Assembly: GCF_009914755.1 (NCBI RefSeq)
Contig: NC_060926.1
Direction: 5' to 3' (one strand)
From: the human T2T-CHM13v2.0 reference genome, Homo sapiens
DNA length: 64,000 bases
Shown: positions 1 through 11,085 of the stretch, in pieces
How positions within the stretch are numbered: position 1 is the first letter of the stretch
Layout of the letters: each line of letters starts with the position of its first letter
Notes under the pieces: generated by a model
What the model saw: only the letters and a program-made list of their open reading frames with translations
Database searches by the model: none
Told to the model about the DNA's origin: nothing
Made by a program: the position numbers and the translations under genes

Positions 1-964
1 GCCACCATATCCAGCCAGGATAATTTGTTTTTAAGTCCCTTATATGATCTCAAAGTGCAGGTTGTGCTGAGAACCGTTTCCCTAATGTAAGGTGTAGAAA
101 TCTACTTTTCCATTGAGCCACCTGCTAGGACTTCAGGACCTGGCCTCCAGGAGGAAGCCCCCTGATAGCTTGGTTGATTTTATCTTATCAGTTTATGTTA
201 GGGGAAACTGCCAAATTGAAATAAGAAAGCCATCTCCCGCAAGCAAGCCTCTCCTCCTAAAGACTAATCATAATGCAAGAGAAATTTTCCATTTCTCTCA
301 GGAATCAGAATCCTTTGCTACATGCACAACTGGAAGGAAAGTAGTACAAATAGGAGGATCCTTACCTGATGGGAGAAGGGAGATCTTGCCATTCAGGAGT
401 TTGCTTTGAATCTCTTTCCACGTGCATGGGTGCTGTCACAGTACATGTGACAGGCTGCAACAGGGTTTGAGAGGGTTCCTTGCTGGAAGGCAATGTCATA
501 GGAAAACAGGTTTTATGAAGCAGTGATTCCCCCAAGGAGCAAAGGAGTTGAATAAATAGGATAGTTCCTAGACTAGAAGAGCAGGCTTGCCTACACTCTC
601 ACACCCAAACCAACTGCCTTCTGTTGTTCTTTTTTTGACCCAAATTCTATGCAGAATCTTCTCTTATCAAAATAAATAAATAAATAAATAATGACTGCAA
701 ACAAAAAACTCAATAGCTCCTAGTATTACTTAACTTTTGCATGATTTTAACGTGTCAATGCTTATCTTAAAGCACTGTTTTACTAATTTCATTCCTATAC
801 TTATCCTAAAAGATCTTTAGTGACGTGCCTTTTCTCACAGCAGGACGCTTCAAACTTGGGGGAGCTTATTTAAAATGCCTTTTTCTGGACTCCATTCCTG
901 GAGGTCTAGAATGGGATGCATTCATAATATATATGTTAAGTGTTCCAGGAAATCAATAGGTGAT

Positions 965-1436
965 TGGGATAGGCTAAATAATGGTCCCCCAAAAATGTCC
1001 TCATTGCTGTCCCCAGAACCTGTGAACATGTTACCTTCAACGACAAAAGGGACTTTGCAGATGTGATGAAGGATCTTGAGAAGGAGGGTTATTTTGGTTA
1101 TGCAGGTGGTCACAATGTTATCATAAGGACCCTTATGAGAGGGAAGCAAGAGGATCAAAATCAGAAAAAGATGTGATGACAAAGCCAGAGGTAAGACTGA
1201 TGCACTTTGAAGATAGAGGAGAGAGCCATTAGTCAAAGGATGCAGGCAACATCTAGAAGATAGAAAAGGCAGAGACAAATTCTCAGATGGTTTCTAACAC
1301 CCTCAAAAAGAATGCTGCTCTGCAACATCTTGATTTTAGACTTCTGACCACCAGAACTATAAAATAATACATTTGTGTTGTTTTAAGTCACTAAGTTGGT
1401 GGTAATTTGTTACAGTAATAATTGGAAACTTGTATA
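965..1436 (+). mobile_element. MaLR solo LTR, MLT1 family (MLT1D-like)
   Basis: MLT1-type sequence: ATAATGGTCCCCC...AAAAGGGACTTTGCAGATGTGAT...CCAGAACTATAAAATAATACATTTGTGTTGTTTTAAGTCACTAAGTT. Ends and subfamily are approximate. Confidence 0.7.
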
Positions 1437-2139
1437 GTTATTCACGAAAAGAGTATTACCCCAAATAAAACACTTTCTATAGACATCAACTTCAATATCT
1501 CTTATTATTGTAAAGGATCCTGGAGCACTAGGAGCGAAGTAAATTGTTCAACTTCACTGAGGGACTTAGGGAAAATCCAGGACAACAGTGGAATTATCTT
1601 AGTTTGGCTCTATCTCTTTATCCTGGCGTTCAAGGTATCTTCCCCTAGTCTAGGCCAACCTTTCCCACATTATCCCATTATTTCTATATCCTTACTTCTA
1701 TAAGCAAGCAAAATAGTGGATATATTTTCCCCCTGAATAAGCCCCATTATTTCTGTTTCACTACCTTGATACATAGACTTCCCTCTTCCTGAAGTCCTTC
1801 CATTCTCGAATGTTAGGTTTCACTAAAGGTCGGGTCCTGCCTCTTCCTTAGCTATCCAGCATTAGGTGAGTACTGACCTTGGAACTCTTATGGTGTCAGC
1901 ATGGTTGCTCTTTAAAGATCATGATGAAGAATCCCTAGTCTATTTCTTCCTCAGTGTGATGATCTGGTTGGCTCTGAGGCTTGTGGATACTTCCTAAAGC
2001 AATATTGAAGAAAGAATGAATGACTAAAGACCTTAATCCAAGTCAAGTGCCTAGATTTTCAAGTTCCCTCTCTTTATGAACTATATTTCACTTATTTCCA
2101 CAAAGTTTTAAAAATAAATACCCAATGAACTTAAAAAAA

Positions 2140-2257
2140 TTTGTAGAGATGAGTGTCTTGCTTTGTTGCCCAGGCTGGTCTTGAACTCATGGCTGCAATC
2201 CTCCCATCTCAGCCTCCCAAAGTGCTGGGATTATAGCCATAAGCCACCATGCCAGCT
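2140..2257 (-). mobile_element. Alu left monomer / FLAM
   Basis: GTTGCCCAGGCTGGTCTTGAACTC...CCTCCCAAAGTGCTGGGATTA; only one arm is present. Confidence 0.8.
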
Positions 2258-2399
2258 GCAAAAAATTTCAATTACATGTTCTGTTAGTATACATAGATAT
2301 CTTCCTAGTTTAACAGTAAAAATCTTCTCAGTTACTTGACTGATAGATGACAACTCAATATTTACATCTCATTGGGGTAACACAACATTTTAAAACATA

Positions 2400-3270
2400 T
2401 TTCTTATTGGCATATACTTCACATAACATAAAATTCAGTTTTAAAGTGTGGTATTCAGTGGTTTTTAGTATATTCACAGAGTTGTCTGACCATTACCATT
2501 ATCTAATTCCAAATATTTTAATTACCCCCATAAAGAAACCTGTTAACCATTAGTAGACATTCACCATTCTCCCTCCTTTCTCTAAGCCACTGGCAACTAC
2601 TAAGCCACTTTCTCACTCTATGGATTTTCCTTTTCTGAACACTTCATGTCAATTAATCATACAATAATCAAGTGGTCTTTTATGGCTGGCTTCTTTCACT
2701 TCACATAATGTTTTCAAGGTTCATTAATGTTGTAGTATGTATCAGAATCTCATTTCTTTTTATGGCTGAATAACATTACATTGAATGAATATACCACATT
2801 TGTAATCCCTTCATCATTGACAGACATTTGGGTTGTTTCCACCTTTTAGCTAATATGAATAACGTTATTTGTGCAACAATTTTTGCTTTCTGTTGGTATT
2901 TGTGAAAATATGTTTTCAATTCTATAAGGCATATATATCTCTAGGAGTAGAATTGTTAGGTCATAAATCATTTGTATAACTTTTTGAGGTACTGCCAGAT
3001 TGCTTGCCACCTTTTCAGTGGCTGCATCATTTAACATTCCCACAAGTAATGTATAAGGATTGCAATTTCTCCACAACCTTGCCAACAGTTGTTATTTTCC
3101 ATTTTTATTATAGTTATGCTTGTAGGCATAAAGTAAGATATCTCATTGTGGTTTTTCGTTTTCTAATGGATAATGATGCTTACCATCTTTATTGGCCATG
3201 TGCATATCTTTTTTGGAAAAAATGGCTATTTAAATCTTTTGCCCATTTTTTAATAGTTTTTTTTTAATTG
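2400..3270 (-). mobile_element. Old L1M (L1MB-like) 3' end fragment
   Basis: Antisense L1 3' motifs such as CATTTGGGTTGTTTCCACCTTTTAGCT, CTAGGAGTAGAATTG and ATCTCATTGTGGTTTT. Boundaries approximate. Confidence 0.65.
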
Positions 3271-3428
3271 TAGAGAACATAGCCTTTAAAATTAAAATAA
3301 GAGTCCAGAAGTTGGGCTATATTTCCTAGGTGTTAGCTAGTATCTTGTCCCCTTTTCATAGATTTATTTGTGTATCTCAGGTTATCAGTGCCACTATAGA
3401 TCTCCTCCCTCACAGCAATCAAACTTAG

Positions 3429-3999
<571 letters not shown>

Positions 4000-4549
4000 T
4001 GAATTCCATGAGGCCAAGACATTGCCTGTTATGACTGACTGTGTGACTGATGCTGACACAGTGCCTGTCACATGGTAGACTGGGGCTGAGGTTCAGTTCC
4101 CAGGGGTCTGGCTCCTCAGGAAGTAGCATGTGTCAAGGGAAGATGTGTGACATGGGGAAGAACTTTCTAGAGGAGTTACCAGGTCCTCCAGTATTAGACT
4201 CCTTTATTTTACTTTTTAAAAATGTTTTGAAGAAAATCTGGCAAACTACAAGCATACTCATCTTAATAGTAATTATCAGAAGCAAGTCCAGATTCCGGAA
4301 ACTAATTTAACTCAATGAATGTGTTAAACTAGTTCAAGATTAATCAGAAACGCTTAGATGTCTTTATTCTTTCTGCAATCCTAAATGAAACATAATAAAC
4401 ACTTTAGGCTAAATTTTTGCATAGTTTTAAGCTCATCATTTGCATAGTAGTCTCATTGCTACCACAGATAGAAAAGATAAGGTCTGAATCTGTATTGCTC
4501 CCCAGGAAACTACATTTTAGCAGCACTTACCGAGTAGTCACACCCATCT

Positions 4550-4750
4550 AAATTCAAATCCTAGCTCTGCCACCCACCTTCAGGAAAAACTTGGCCAAGA
4601 TGTTTGACTTATCTGAGTCTGTCCCATGTCTCACTGAGGCTTTCCCAAGTGGGGAAAATGGAGCCAGTAATACAGGCCTACAGAGCTGTTTGAAGATTAT
4701 AAACAAAACATTGCCCACAATAAGGGATCAATAAATGTTAGCTGATTTTT
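4550..4750 (+). mobile_element. MIR fragment
   Basis: TTCAAATCCTAGCTCTGCCAC...TTGGCCAAG...TCTGAGTCT...TCAATAAATGTTAGCT resembles the MIR core. Confidence 0.5.
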
Positions 4751-4877
4751 CTCTCTTTAAATTTCTGTTTCAGCTACAACTCTGTTATGGGTAGGTGTGA
4801 GGGAAAGAAATTAGGTAAAAAAAAATCTAAAGAAAAAAACATTGGGGAAAATAAAATAAGAATTCTCATTTAGTTTG

Positions 4878-5360
4878 TTTCATGCGCGTCCGTGTGAAGA
4901 GACCACCAAACAGGCTTTGTGTGAGCAATAAAGTTTTTAATCACCTGGGTGCAGGCGGGCTGAGTCCGAAAAGAGAGTCAGTGAAGGGAGATAAGCGTGG
5001 GGCCATTTTATAGGATTTGGGGAAGGTAAAGGAAAATTACAGTCAAAGAGGGTTTGTTCTCTGGCGGGCAGGAGTGGGGGTCTCAAGGTGCTCAGTGGGC
5101 AGGAGTGGGAGTCACAGGGTGCTCAGTGGGGGTGCTTTTTGAGCCAGGATGAGCCAGGAAAAGGACTTTCACAAGATAACGTCATCAGTTAAGGCAAGGA
5201 CCGGCCATTTACACTTCTTTTGTGGTGGAATGTCATCAGTTAAGGTGGGGCAGGGCATATTCACTTCTTTTGTGATTCTTTAGTTACTTCAGGCCACCTG
5301 GGCATATACGTGCAGGTCACAGGGGATGCGATGGCTTGGCTTGGGCTCAGAGGCCTGACA
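4878..5360 (-). repeat. HERV-H 3' LTR (LTR7 family)
   Basis: Direct repeat of 13044-13526 with 21 substitutions and no indels by manual alignment. Minus-strand ATTAAA poly(A) signal at 4936-4941. Confidence 0.97.
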
Positions 5361-5373
5361 TTCCTGCCTTCTT
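5361..5373 (-). promoter_or_regulatory. Polypurine tract
   Basis: AAGAAGGCAGGAA lies immediately 5' of the 3' LTR start (TGTCA) on the minus strand. Confidence 0.85.
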
Positions 5374-5517
5374 AATAAGAAAAATAAAACAAAATAGTGT
5401 TGAAGTGTTGGGGCGGCAAAAATTTTTGGGGGGTGGTATGGAGAGAGAATGGACGATGTTTCTCAGGGCTGTTTCAAGCGGGATTAGGGGCGGTGTGGGA
5501 ACCTAGAGCGGGAGAGA

Positions 5518-7272
5518 TTAAGCTGAAGGGAGGTCTTGTGGTAAGGGGTGATATTGTGGGGATGTTAGAAGAAACATTTGTCGTATAGAATGATTGGTGA
5601 TGGCCTGGATACGGTTTTGGATGAATTGAGAAACTAAACGGAAGATACAAGGTCCAAATAAAAGAAGGAGAAAAATGGGTATTAAAGGACTAACAATTGG
5701 GAGGACCCAGGACATCCAATTAGAGAGTGCCCAAGGGGGTTCAGCGTAATTACTTGCTTGGTTGGCAAGTTTTTGGGCTCTATCCTTGAGTTTTTTAATG
5801 TTGTCATACACCAGGCCAGATTGATTTAGGTAAAAACAACACTCCTCATTTAAGAATATGCAGAGTCCTCCTTTTTCAGCAGTGAGTAAGTCAAGGCCTC
5901 GGCGGTTTTGGAGGACAACTGCAGCTAAAGAGTCAACTTGGGCCTGGAGGACTGATAAAGTTTGTGATATGTCTGTGATGCTAGCAGAGAAGTCATTAGA
6001 CAGGCTACGGAAGGTCATGACAGACGTTGAAATGCCTGCTATTCCAGTACCGAGAGCAACAGTGGAGGCAGAAAGTCCTAAACCGACCATCAAGGGAATT
6101 AGTGGAATAACTCTTTTTTGTTGTGTCGGTGTCATGAGGGGAACAGGGAGCTCTTCGGTCCCATTTGCAAATTGAATTTTGGGGGTAAGGAAGACTAGTG
6201 TACATGTGCCTGTCCAATTGGCAGGTAGGCACATGTAGGTAGAGGATCCACAGAGGAAGAAGAGACCTTGTGCGAGGCAAAACTGGAGATGTAAAGTAAA
6301 AAGGTGAGAAGGAGTGCTGAAAGGGGTGTCTTGTACCCAGACTCCTAGGGATCCAGCTAGGGCGGCAGCTGTCAGAGGTTGTAATGGGGACTGATGGGGT
6401 AACTGCGTAGAGGGGAAGGTTCGATTTTCATGGTGTATGAGAAAACGTCGAGTATCTACGAGCAATCTTTCACTGTTATTTTCGGGGCTGGGTATAAGTA
6501 AACAAGAAGAGGGCCTGGGAGGAGAGTCTGATGAGCAAGGGGAAGATAGCCAAGGATGGAGTGAAATACAGGGCAAGTGTCTTCCTAAGCAATAATTACT
6601 GCTAATGTTTTTAAGTTTGTCAGTATTGATAGAGGGCTTGTCTGTAATATGGAGCTGGAAGGCTCCAATTGTTTCATTGATGTTTGTAGTTGGACTTCGG
6701 AGATGAAGAGTAAAGGAACATCGAGAAGGTGAAAGATTACCTAGGGGAATTCCAGTGGGTCTTTGCCAAGAGATACACAAAGGAGCGGCCACAGGAATAG
6801 TAGTTTGTGTTGTGAGAGGTCCAAATATGGGGGGAGTAGAGTTGATATAAGGAGAAAGGTTTTTTAAATAAGTGCGAAGGAGGGCGGCAGCTTGCTGATG
6901 TGAAATGTCTGGGGAAGTCTTGCTGGACCTGTCTAGAAAGTAAATGAGTTCTTCAGGAGGGTAAAGGTGAGGGCTGTTAAAGGAAGTTCGGAGGTGTAGG
7001 GAGATGGGAGATGTTGCCCAGTCTGTCTGTACGGCGGGGACAGCTGTGTAGGCACTGGAAGAAAGGGAAATGCAAAGCCAGCAGTTGTTCACTAAGGAGG
7101 GATTAGAAGCGGCTAGGAGAGAATGGGTAAGGTTGATAGTGTGGTGGAGATAGCTGGGGAGAGGTAGAGGATGACATAAGAATGGGAATGAGAATAAGAG
7201 TGAGTATAAAAGTAAAGAATAGAACTTCATCAGGGTGGAAGTATTGGAGGGTGCCTTGCCAGCAAAGATCAT
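5518..7272 (-). CDS. env: HERV-H envelope polyprotein, 584 aa (SU+TM)
   Basis: Uninterrupted ORF with hydrophobic signal peptide, CWLC (CxxC), cleavage region QQKR/VIPL and fusion peptide. It also has the immunosuppressive domain LQNRRGLDLLTAEKGGL (5863-5913), CX6CC (CIFLNEECC), a TM helix and a cytoplasmic YHPL. Confidence 0.96.
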   Translation of the reverse strand: MIFAGKAPSNTSTLMKFYSLLLYSLLFSFPFLCHPLPLPSYLHHTINLTHSLLAASNPSLVNNCWLCISLSSSAYTAVPAVQTDWATSPISLHLRTSFNSPHLYPPEELIYFLDRSSKTSPDISHQQAAALLRTYLKNLSPYINSTPPIFGPLTTQTTIPVAAPLCISWQRPTGIPLGNLSPSRCSFTLHLRSPTTNINETIGAFQLHITDKPSINTDKLKNISSNYCLGRHLPCISLHPWLSSPCSSDSPPRPSSCLLIPSPENNSERLLVDTRRFLIHHENRTFPSTQLPHQSPLQPLTAAALAGSLGVWVQDTPFSTPSHLFTLHLQFCLAQGLFFLCGSSTYMCLPANWTGTCTLVFLTPKIQFANGTEELPVPLMTPTQQKRVIPLIPLMVGLGLSASTVALGTGIAGISTSVMTFRSLSNDFSASITDISQTLSVLQAQVDSLAAVVLQNRRGLDLLTAEKGGLCIFLNEECCFYLNQSGLVYDNIKKLKDRAQKLANQASNYAEPPWALSNWMSWVLPIVSPLIPIFLLLLFGPCIFRLVSQFIQNRIQAITNHSIRQMFLLTSPQYHPLPQDLPSA

Positions 7273-7566
7273 CTATCCACTCTAAGACGGAGTTAAGAGT
7301 GGCAGTTTGGGGATAGCACCAAGAGATATCAGCTGTGATGGCTTGAAGAAACAGTGTAAACCGGCGGTGTAAACAAGAGTAGGGCATTTATAAGTAGTTG
7401 AGAATGGAGAATAGGAGTATGACCGGACAGAAGATAATAGGGATGACTAGTTTTTTGGGGCTTGGCCTAAGTGGTGGGGTGACTTCGTAAAGCCCTGTTG
7501 CAAAAAGTAGGGTAAGGATGAACAGACCTAATAGAATGAAGGGATGTATTAGGCTCATAAGGGTTA

Positions 7567-10500
7567 TTACTGTTCTTCAGAAATATGAGTGAGTTTAAGG
7601 GAAGTGGGGGAGAGTACTTGCGACTTCCAGGAGGAAGAGGAGGGATTAGGCTGGCTGTCCGATGGACACAGCTTTATTCTGGAATGGTGAACCCAGTGGG
7701 GAGGATTCTGCAGGCAGACGGCAGTCGGGGTACTATAGATGACTAAGTAGGGTCCGGTCCATCGAGGTTGTAGAGTTTGAGGGGTCAGATTCTTAACAAG
7801 AACTGATCGTCCAGCTAGGTTGTCTTCATATGGCTGGGGATCTGGAGTAGGCAAGAGAAGATTAGCAGCCTGGCGAATTTCCTGTCTAGCCTGCTGGAGT
7901 ACTGGAAGATAGTCGCCTAGAGGGCTGGTGTCTGGGATGAGGTTGGGGCCAAGCAAGAAAGTGCGTCCATATAAAAGTTCAAATGGACTGTATCCTGTAG
8001 CATCTCGAGGACAGGCTCTGATTTTGAGAAGAGCAAGAGGTAAAAGTGCTGTCCAATCCTTTGTAAGTTGGAGGCTAAACTTGGTGAGGTGTGCCTTTAA
8101 AAGACCATTAGTCCGTTCCACCTTTCCTGAAGATTGAGGACGGTAAGGGGTATGAAGGTTCCACTGAATACCAAGAGCCTGAGAAACTACTTGGGTGATT
8201 TGGCTAGTAAAGGCTGGTCCATTATCAGACTGTATAGAGGTGGGAAGGCCAAACCGAGGAATTATGTCTGACAGAAGGGAAGAAATGACCACAGTGGACT
8301 TCTCAGACCCTGTGGGGAAGGCCTCTACCCATCCAGTGAAAGTGTCTACCCAGACTAAGAGATATTTTAGTTTTCTGACTCGAGGCATGTGAGTAAAGTC
8401 AATTTGCCAGTCCTGGGCAGGGGCAAATCCCCGAGCTTGATGTGTAGGGAAGGGAGGAGGCCTGAACAATCCCTGAGGGGTAGTAGAATAGCAGATGGAA
8501 CACTGAGAAGTGATCTCCTTGAGGATAGATTTCCATGATGGAAAGGAAATGAGAGGTTCTAAGAGACGGGCTAGCGGCTTGTAACCTACATAGAAGAGGT
8601 TATGAAATGATGACAGAATAGAATGGGCCTGTGAGGCTGGAAGAAGATATTTTCCTTGGTCTAAGAACCATTTGCCTTGTGTGGGAAGAGATTGATAGGT
8701 GGAAGTTTCAGTGGGGGAGTAGGTGGGAGTGACTGAAGTGAAGGAGAAAAACTGGCCGTGAGGGACAGAAGTTGGAGAGCTAGCTGCTTGTCTAGCCACT
8801 TTATCAACATAAGCATTGCCTAGAGCAATGGGATCTGATGTCTTTTGATGCCCCTTGCAGTGAATGACCCCAGCTTCTTTTGGAAGTAAAGCGGCTTTGA
8901 GCAGAGTTTTTATTAAAGAGGCATTAATGATGGAGGACCCTTGTGTAGTGAGGAAACCTCTTTCAGCCCATATGACTGCATGGTGGTGCAGGATATGGAA
9001 GGCATATTTAGAATCAGTATAGATATTGACGCATAGTCCTTTTGCAAGAGTGAGGGCTTGAGTTAAGGCAACTAGTTCAGCTTGCTGAGAGGTAGTGGAG
9101 GGAGGCAGAGCAGTAGCCTCAATGATAGATGTGGAAGATACTATAGCATAGCCTGCCTTCGCTGGTGAGTGGCGATTAGGCCTGGTGGAACTGCCATCAA
9201 TAAACCAAGTGTGATCAGGGTGAGAAACAGGGAAGAAGGAAATGTGGGGAAATGGGGTGAATGTCAGGTGGATCAGAGAGATGCAGTCATGAGGGTCAGG
9301 TGTGGTATCCGGAATAATGTGGGAGGCCGGATTGAAGTCCGGGCCAGGAACAATGGTAATTGTGGGAGACTCAACAAAGTGTAAGTATAGCTGAAGGAGT
9401 CCGGGAGCAGAAAGTATATGTGTCAGGTGTGAGGAAGAAAATAGATTTTGGAAATTATGAGAGCTGTAGAGAGTGAGTTGAGCATAGTTTGTGATTTTGA
9501 GGGCCTCTAAAAGTATTAGGGCAGCAGCAGCGGCTGCACGGAGACATGATGGCCAGCCTAAAACAGTAAGATCAAGTTGTTTGGACAAAAAGGCTACAGG
9601 ACGCGATCCTGGTCCTTGTGTAAGAATTCCGACTGCACAGCCCTGCACTTCGGCTGTGTGTAATGAAGCAGGTTGGGATGAGTCAGGGAGAGCTAGAGTG
9701 GGGGCAGTTTCTAAAGCTGTCTTCAAGGAACAGAAAGAGGAGTGGGGAAAGGATTTAGGATCTATGGGGTCAGCTAAGTTTCCTTTTGTGAGTTTATATA
9801 ATGGTTTTGTTAGGATGGCAAAACCAGGTATCCAAAGGCGAAAGTATCCAACCATGCCCAGGAAGGAAAGGAGTTGTTGTTTTGTAGAAGGGGTTGGGGC
9901 TTGAGAGATTAGTCAGACACGATCGGCAGGGAGAGCACGTGTGTTCTTATGAAGAATTATGCCGAGGTAGGTAACGGATGGAGAAGAAATTTGAGCTTTG
10001 GAGGGGGATACCCGATATCCTTTGGAGAATAAATGCTGAAGGAGCAGAAGTGTGTCTTATTGAGAAGATTCAAAGGAGGGGCTACAAAGAAGAAGCTCAT
10101 CAATATATTGAATAAGGTGAGAAGCGGAGGGGTGGAAGGAAAGTAGATCATGAGAAAGAGCTTGGCTGAAGTAACGAGGGCTGTCCCTGAAACCTTGCGG
10201 CAGCACAGTCCAGGTAAGCTGCTGGGACTGATGGGTGTCAGGGTCAGTCCAGGTGAAAGCAAAGAGAGGCTGGGACGAGGAGTGCAGGAGAATAGTGAAA
10301 AAACCATCTTTAAGATCAAGCACGGAATAGTGAGTTGTGGAGGAAGGTATTGAGGACAAAAGAGTGTACAGGTTGGGCACCACAGGGTGGATAGGCAAAA
10401 CAATTTGGTTGATAAGACGCAGATTCTGAACTAGTCTGTAAGACTTATCCGGTTTTTGGACAGGTAAAATGGGGGAATTGAAAAGAGAGTTTATAGGTTC

Positions 10501-11085
10501 TAGAAGCCCATGCTGTAGCAGGCGAGTGATAACAGGCTTTAATCCTTTTAAAGCATGCTGTGGGATGGGATATTGGCATTGAGCAGGGTAAGGGTGATTA
10601 GGTTTTAATGGGATGGTAATGGGCATGTGATCAGTTGCCAGGGAAGGAGTAGAGATGTCCCATACTTGTGGGTTAAGGTGGGGGGATATGAGAGAAAGAC
10701 GCGAAGGAGGCTTTGGGTTGGGGAGAAGGGCGGCAATGAGATGTGGCTGTAGTCCAGGAATAGTCAGGGAAGCAGATAATTTAGTTAAAGTGTCTCAGCC
10801 TAATAAGGGAACTGGGCAGGTGGGGATAACTAAAAAGGAGTGCTTAAAAGAGTATTGTCTAAGTTGGCACCAGAGTTGGGGAGTTTTAAGAGGTTTAGAA
10901 GCCTGGCCGTCAATACCCACAACAGTTATGGAGGCAAGGGAAACAGGCCCTTGAAAAGAAGGTAATGTGGAGTGAGTAGTCTCCGTATTGATTAAGAAGG
11001 GGATGGGCTTACCTTCCACTGTGAGAGTTACCTGAAGCTTGCCGTCCGTGATGGTCTAGGGGGCTTCCGAGGCGATCGGGCAGTG
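7567..11085 (-). pseudogene. pol: HERV-H pro-pol (protease, RT, RNase H, integrase): one reading frame with 4 premature stops
   Basis: ORFs 10795-11019 (protease), 10057-10626 (RT: LPQGFRDSP, YIDE) and 7567-9855 share one frame. The last contains RNase H (WFIDGSS/AELVAL/YTDSKY), integrase (DFT/SDNG/GKVE) and WTGPY. Stops are at 11056-58, 10795-97, 10057-59 and 9913-15. Confidence 0.93.

Noticed and set aside
113-409. 98-aa ORF at the window start, and other 60-140 aa ORFs in unique-looking intergenic DNA (e.g. 17964-18284, 47708-48112, 49409-49834)
   Set aside because: Mostly non-ATG starts, no domain similarity or exon chain; several overlap L2/MIR remnants.
9957-10403. 148-aa alternative-frame ORF within RT
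   Set aside because: Non-ATG start and no recognisable domain; expected by chance on a C-rich strand.
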